This document shows positions 59,605-64,000 of a stretch of DNA of 64,000 bases, in pieces. The DNA lies in the NCBI GenBank assembly GCA_963770895.1, contig CAVYRF010000002.1, positions 224,001 through 288,000 on the forward strand, in the 5' to 3' direction. The translations under genes and the position numbers were made by a program. The notes beneath the pieces were generated by a model. It was not told where the DNA came from. It did not search any database and was given only the letters and a program-made list of their open reading frames with translations. The DNA comes from an uncultured Acidobacteriota bacterium (GTDB taxonomy: Bacteria; Acidobacteriota; Thermoanaerobaculia; Multivoradales; UBA5704). Position 1 is the first letter of the stretch, and every line of letters starts with the position of its first letter.

Positions 59605-60678
59605 TCATCCCTCCTCACCGCTCTCGCCGATTAGGTCGTCGCGTTCGTCACGGCCCTTGCCGTCGATCCCCAGCCGCCGCTCGATCGCGCGTAGCCGGCG
59701 CAGCATCTCATCCAGGCGCCAGGACAGCAAGAGCTGCCGCCGCCAGCGCTTGATCGGATGCGCCGGGCTGCCGCCGACGACGGCGCCGGGCGCCAGCGAA
59801 TGGAAGATGTCGGTCCCCGCCGCGGCCTGTACGCGATCGCCGATCTCGATGTGATCGACCGCCGCGGCGCGGCCGCCCAGGACGACGCCGTTGCCGATGC
59901 GCGTGCTGCCGGCGATGCCGACCTGGGCACAGAGGATCGAGTGGCGGCCCACCTGGACGTTGTGCCCCAGCATCACCTGGTTGTCGATCTTGGTGCCGGC
60001 GCCGACGCGGGTTTCACCCAGCGTCGCACGGTCGATCGTGGTATTGGGCCCGATCTCCACATCCTCCTCCAACACCACGCGCCCCACCTGCGGCACCTTG
60101 TGGTGGACGCCGCCGTGCGTCGCGTAACCGAACCCGTCGCCGCCCAGGACCACGCCGGCGTGGACGATCGACCCGGCGCCGACGACGGTGCGGTCGTAGA
60201 GCACCGCGTGGGGGTGGATCACCGCCCGCTCGCCTACGGTGCAGTCGCGCCCCACCACGGCGTGGGCGAGCACCGCGGCGCCGGCGCCGACGTGCGAACC
60301 GGCGCCGACGACGGCGAACGGCCCCAGGTGCGCCGCGGGATGCACCACCGCACCGGCATCGACGATCGCGGTGGGATGCAGGCCTGCCGGGTGCGGCGCC
60401 GGCGGATGGAAGACCGCGAGCAGCCCGACCAGCGCCCGCCCGCTATGCGGCACCACGATCAGATTGCGCCCGCCGAGCGGCTCCGCCAGCGCCTCCTCGA
60501 CCAGCAGACCGCCGGCGGCGCTCGCCTGGGCGCGCGCCCGGTGGCGCAGCAACGTTACGAACGACAGATCGCGCGGGCCTGCTTCTTCGAGCGCCCGCAG
60601 CCCTTCGATCGGCTGCTGCGGGTCGCCCTCGACGCGCCCCCCTACCAGCTCGGCAAGCTCGGCCAGCGAGAAGGCCAC
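59605..60678 (-). CDS. lpxD: UDP-3-O-acylglucosamine N-acyltransferase
   Basis: DGFGY, KVPQVGRV, TTIDRATL and KIDNQVMLGHN. Confidence 0.95.
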   Translation of the reverse strand: MAFSLAELAELVGGRVEGDPQQPIEGLRALEEAGPRDLSFVTLLRHRARAQASAAGGLLVEEALAEPLGGRNLIVVPHSGRALVGLLAVFHPPAPHPAGLHPTAIVDAGAVVHPAAHLGPFAVVGAGSHVGAGAAVLAHAVVGRDCTVGERAVIHPHAVLYDRTVVGAGSIVHAGVVLGGDGFGYATHGGVHHKVPQVGRVVLEEDVEIGPNTTIDRATLGETRVGAGTKIDNQVMLGHNVQVGRHSILCAQVGIAGSTRIGNGVVLGGRAAAVDHIEIGDRVQAAAGTDIFHSLAPGAVVGGSPAHPIKRWRRQLLLSWRLDEMLRRLRAIERRLGIDGKGRDERDDLIGESGEEG

Positions 60679-60681
60679 GGG

Positions 60682-61245
60682 CTACTTGGCGGCCGCCGCC
60701 GCCTGGGCATCCAGGCGTTGCACCACCGAGGTGGTGATGTCGATGGCATCGTCGGCGTAGATCAGGCCGCTTTCAAACTTGCGGAAAATCAGCGTGTAGT
60801 TCTGCTCCTTGCCGATCTGGTTGATGATCGGCATGACCTTCTCGTCGATCGAGCCCAGCAGCTCGTCCTTTTTCTTGTTGAGGTCGCGGGTGGCGTCCTC
60901 GGACAGCCGGCGCAGCGCCGTCTGCTTGTCTTCCATCTGCTTTTCCATCTCCGCCAGCTTGTCCTGCGACAGCGACAGGCGGCCCTGCGCCAGCTTGTCC
61001 TGCATGTCCTTGATTTCCTGCTGCCTGCCGCGCAGCTCGGTTTCCTTCGCCTCCTGCGCCTTCTTGAGCTCGGCGATGGCCTTCTTACCCTGCGCCGAGG
61101 TGGTCAGGATGCGTTCGGTGTCGATCACCGCCACGCGCGGCATGCCGGCCGACGGCACGGCGGCCTGCGCCGCCAGCGGCGCCGCCAGCGCCAGCCCGAG
61201 CACGGCACCGGTCAAAGACTTCGCAAGGGATTCGATGAGAGCCAT
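60682..61245 (-). CDS. skp: OmpH/Skp periplasmic chaperone
   Basis: Signal peptide, VAVID, coiled coil and YADDAIDIT; located between bamA and lpxD. Confidence 0.9.
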   Translation of the reverse strand: MALIESLAKSLTGAVLGLALAAPLAAQAAVPSAGMPRVAVIDTERILTTSAQGKKAIAELKKAQEAKETELRGRQQEIKDMQDKLAQGRLSLSQDKLAEMEKQMEDKQTALRRLSEDATRDLNKKKDELLGSIDEKVMPIINQIGKEQNYTLIFRKFESGLIYADDAIDITTSVVQRLDAQAAAAAK

Positions 61246-61287
61246 GGGTATTCCTTTTCTTACAGAGACTATCCGTGAAATCGCTGC

Positions 61288-63954
61288 CTAGAAGCTCGAG
61301 CCGATGCTGAACTGGAAGGTCTCGAACTCGTCAAGCGGCAGCGGGTGGATGTTCTTCGAGATGATGAAGCGCAGCGGCGCGCCGAACATCGGGATGAGGA
61401 CGCGCAGCTCGACGCCCGCCGATTGGCGCAGCCGCCCGAAATCCCATCCCTGCTCGCTGTAGGTGATCCTGCCGAAGTTGTCGTTGCGCACCTCGCCGTA
61501 GACGTTGCCGGCGTCGGTGAACAGGATGATGCGGAATGGCCCGCCGACGATGAAGTGGTACTCGGCGTTCATCTGGATGTACTTGTCGCCGCCGACGCCG
61601 GCGCCGAACTGGTCGAACACCGGGTCGCCGTGGTCGTCGCGCACCGTGATCGAACGGAAACGGAAGCCGCGGATGCTGTTTTCACCGCCGATGAAGAAGT
61701 ACTCCAAGGGCGACAGCGGGTTGCCCTGGGTGCGGTGCAGGAAGCCGGCTTCGGCGTTGAGCGCCAGCACCGTTTTCAGCCCCTGATTGGTCACCGGCGT
61801 AAACAGGCTGAAGCCCACGTCGGGACGCAGGAAGTTGTCGTTGCCGCCCAGCGGGCCGCCGCCGTATTCGAGCGACGCCGCCATGCGCAAGCCGCGCACC
61901 GGTTCGAAGGGATCGTTGCGGCTGTCGTAGACGACCGCCGGCTTGATCGACGAAGTGTTGATGAAGTAGCGCTGCGCCTCCGCCTGGGCGCCCAGCACCG
62001 TGCCGTCGGTGCCGCCGTTGATCGTGCCCACGCCGACGCCCACGCCTTCGTTGTTGATCGGCGTCAGCAGGTTTTCCGAATCGTCGTGCTTGGTGTAGTT
62101 GTAGCTGACCGACGCGGAGGTGAAGAGCGTCAGGTTGCGGCCATAGGTCAGCACGATGCCCTTGGCGTTTTCGATGTAGTCGGTGCCCAGGTTGGAATAG
62201 TTGAGGTCCGAGACGAACGCCCGGAAGCCGACGTTCTGCGGCCGGTCCATGAAGTAGGGGATGTTGTAGGTGAGATCGTAGACCTTGCGGTAGCGGCCGG
62301 TCTGCACCGAGACGCCGGCGTTCTCGCCGCGGCCCAGGAAGTTCTTGGTGCTCACCGAGAACTGCACGAAGAAGCCGTCGATCTCGCTCCAGCCGCCGCC
62401 GAACTGCAGCTCGGTGCGGTTGGCCTCGTGACCCTTGAACACCAGGTTGACTTCTTTCTTTTCGCTGTTGGTGTCGATGTCGACGGGGTCTTCTTCGTCG
62501 AGCTTGAAGTAGCCCAGCTGATTGATCTTGGTGACGCTGTTCTTGACCGCGGCGATGTTGACGACGCCGCCTTCGACCAGCCGCACCTCGCGCCGCAGCA
62601 CCTTGTCCTGGGTGCGCTCGTTGCCCTGGAAGTCGATCCTGCCGACCTTGAACTGGTCGCCTTCGTTGATGTGGATCACCACGTCGGCGATGTTGCCCGG
62701 CCGCTCCACCAGCTCGGGCTCGACGCGCCCGAACACGTAGCCGTTGTTGTGATAATAGTCGGTGATCTTCTTGATGCTGTCGTCCATGTCCTTCGACAGC
62801 AGCCAGTCGCCTTCCTTCAGCTTGAACGCCCGGATCAGCGGCTCGTTCTTGTAGATCTTGTTGCCGTCCAGGCTCAGCTTGCCCATCTTCCAGCGGTCGC
62901 CCTCTTCCAGCGGGATGGTGATGAACATCCGCCGGTTCTGCTCCTTGATCGTCGGCGCGTTGGGCTTTTCAGCCTTGACTTCGATCTTCGGCTCGCCGAC
63001 GGCGACGTTCTTGTAGCCTTTGGAATGGTAGAGCTCCCGCACCTTGTCGAGGTCTTCCTGCAGCTTGGCCGGATCGTAGACGTCGTGCTTGAGGATGCGG
63101 CTGACCAGGTTCGACTGCTTGGTGTCCTTCATCGACCAGCGCAGCCGGTAGTTGCCGAACACCGTGTTGCCGGTGAACAGGATCTTGGCGATGCGCACGC
63201 GGTCGCCCTCGTCGACCGTGAACACCACTTTCTTTTCGTTGTTGCCGATGTCCTTGACGCTGTAGCGCGCCTGCGCGAAGCGGTAGCCCTTTTCGCGGTA
63301 CATGTCTTCGATCAGCGTCTTGACCCGCTGCAGCTCGCCCAGGCTCATCGGTTCGCCTTCGTGCACGCGGATGCGCTGGGTGGAGATCTTGTCCTGCACG
63401 TCGGTCTTGCTGATCCGCTTCAAACCCTCGTAGTCGATCGAACGCAGGATGGGGCGCTCTTCGACGGTGATCGTCAGCTTGACGCCGCCCGTCACCGGCG
63501 TGTAGTCGATCTTCACGTCGTCCACCAGGCTGCGGTCCCACAGCTTCTTGATGCTCTTGTTGAGCTGGTCCTGGTCGACCGTCTGGCCGATGCCCAGGCC
63601 CAGGTAGTACAGCATCGTCTCTTCCGACAGCGTTTTGAGACCCTTGAATTCGATCGCCTGGACGCGCAAGGTGGTGAGCGCCTGCGGCACCGACGTTTCG
63701 GGCGCGGCCGCCGGCGCGGGCGCCGGGGCGCCGGCGTCGGGCGCCGCCGCGGCGCTGCCGGCACCGGGCGTAGCGGTGGCGGCCGCCGTCGTGGTGTCGG
63801 CGTCCGGCGCCGCCGGCACGGCGGCGAGCGGCAGGCCGCCGCTCACCACCAGCGGCAGCAGGCCCATCGCCACCATGCGGCAGACAGCTCGCGGCCGTCG
63901 GGCAGGGCGGGCACCAGGGCGTTGGAGCCGATCCGGCTGGGCATCAGGCGTCAT
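61288..63954 (-). CDS. bamA: Outer membrane protein assembly factor BamA
   Basis: POTRA repeats (GNERTQDKVLRRE), NFLGRG, GGENSIRGF and C-terminal FQFSIGSSF; exact start uncertain. Confidence 0.93.
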   Translation of the reverse strand: MTPDAQPDRLQRPGARPARRPRAVCRMVAMGLLPLVVSGGLPLAAVPAAPDADTTTAAATATPGAGSAAAAPDAGAPAPAPAAAPETSVPQALTTLRVQAIEFKGLKTLSEETMLYYLGLGIGQTVDQDQLNKSIKKLWDRSLVDDVKIDYTPVTGGVKLTITVEERPILRSIDYEGLKRISKTDVQDKISTQRIRVHEGEPMSLGELQRVKTLIEDMYREKGYRFAQARYSVKDIGNNEKKVVFTVDEGDRVRIAKILFTGNTVFGNYRLRWSMKDTKQSNLVSRILKHDVYDPAKLQEDLDKVRELYHSKGYKNVAVGEPKIEVKAEKPNAPTIKEQNRRMFITIPLEEGDRWKMGKLSLDGNKIYKNEPLIRAFKLKEGDWLLSKDMDDSIKKITDYYHNNGYVFGRVEPELVERPGNIADVVIHINEGDQFKVGRIDFQGNERTQDKVLRREVRLVEGGVVNIAAVKNSVTKINQLGYFKLDEEDPVDIDTNSEKKEVNLVFKGHEANRTELQFGGGWSEIDGFFVQFSVSTKNFLGRGENAGVSVQTGRYRKVYDLTYNIPYFMDRPQNVGFRAFVSDLNYSNLGTDYIENAKGIVLTYGRNLTLFTSASVSYNYTKHDDSENLLTPINNEGVGVGVGTINGGTDGTVLGAQAEAQRYFINTSSIKPAVVYDSRNDPFEPVRGLRMAASLEYGGGPLGGNDNFLRPDVGFSLFTPVTNQGLKTVLALNAEAGFLHRTQGNPLSPLEYFFIGGENSIRGFRFRSITVRDDHGDPVFDQFGAGVGGDKYIQMNAEYHFIVGGPFRIILFTDAGNVYGEVRNDNFGRITYSEQGWDFGRLRQSAGVELRVLIPMFGAPLRFIISKNIHPLPLDEFETFQFSIGSSF

Positions 63955-64000
63955 ACGTTCTTGCCTCGTTCTCGCCGGCGGCTTGCCAGCAAATGGGCGT

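Overview
High-GC bacterial window, most consistent with Acidobacteriota (ADOP-type orphan permeases, Thermoanaerobaculia-like small peptides; taxonomy is inference). It has three zones. (1) 1-11.8 kb is an accessory mosaic: an AT-richer DUF1801 gene, a fluoride riboswitch ahead of a DUF190-CBS gene on a segment bounded by 8-bp direct repeats, a dynamin-like remnant, two small RiPP-precursor-like genes not called by the ORF track, a Cys-rich secreted protein, a BNR-repeat protein and two ABC permeases. (2) 11.9-53.8 kb is a secondary-metabolite locus: a lone DABA aminotransferase, a 33-kb nine-module NRPS, a stand-alone C plus degenerate-A protein, a class II lanthipeptide pair (LanA-LanM) on the same strand directly upstream, and a Tat-exported M19 dipeptidase. 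The NRPS reads Thr-Dab-Pro-like-hydrophobic-Pro-like-Aad-like-N-Me-X-Dab/Dap-[sulfotransferase]-Ser-TE. (3) 53.9-64 kb is housekeeping: apt, acyP, pcm, surE, mtnP, a Gfo/Idh/MocA oxidoreductase, lpxA, fabZ, lpxD, skp, bamA. The best novelty candidate is the NRPS with an internal CurM-type sulfotransferase, a fungal Lys2-like A domain and a donor-less split initiation unit next to a lanthipeptide system. All domain and substrate calls were made by eye; no searches were run, and domain coordinates are approximate.
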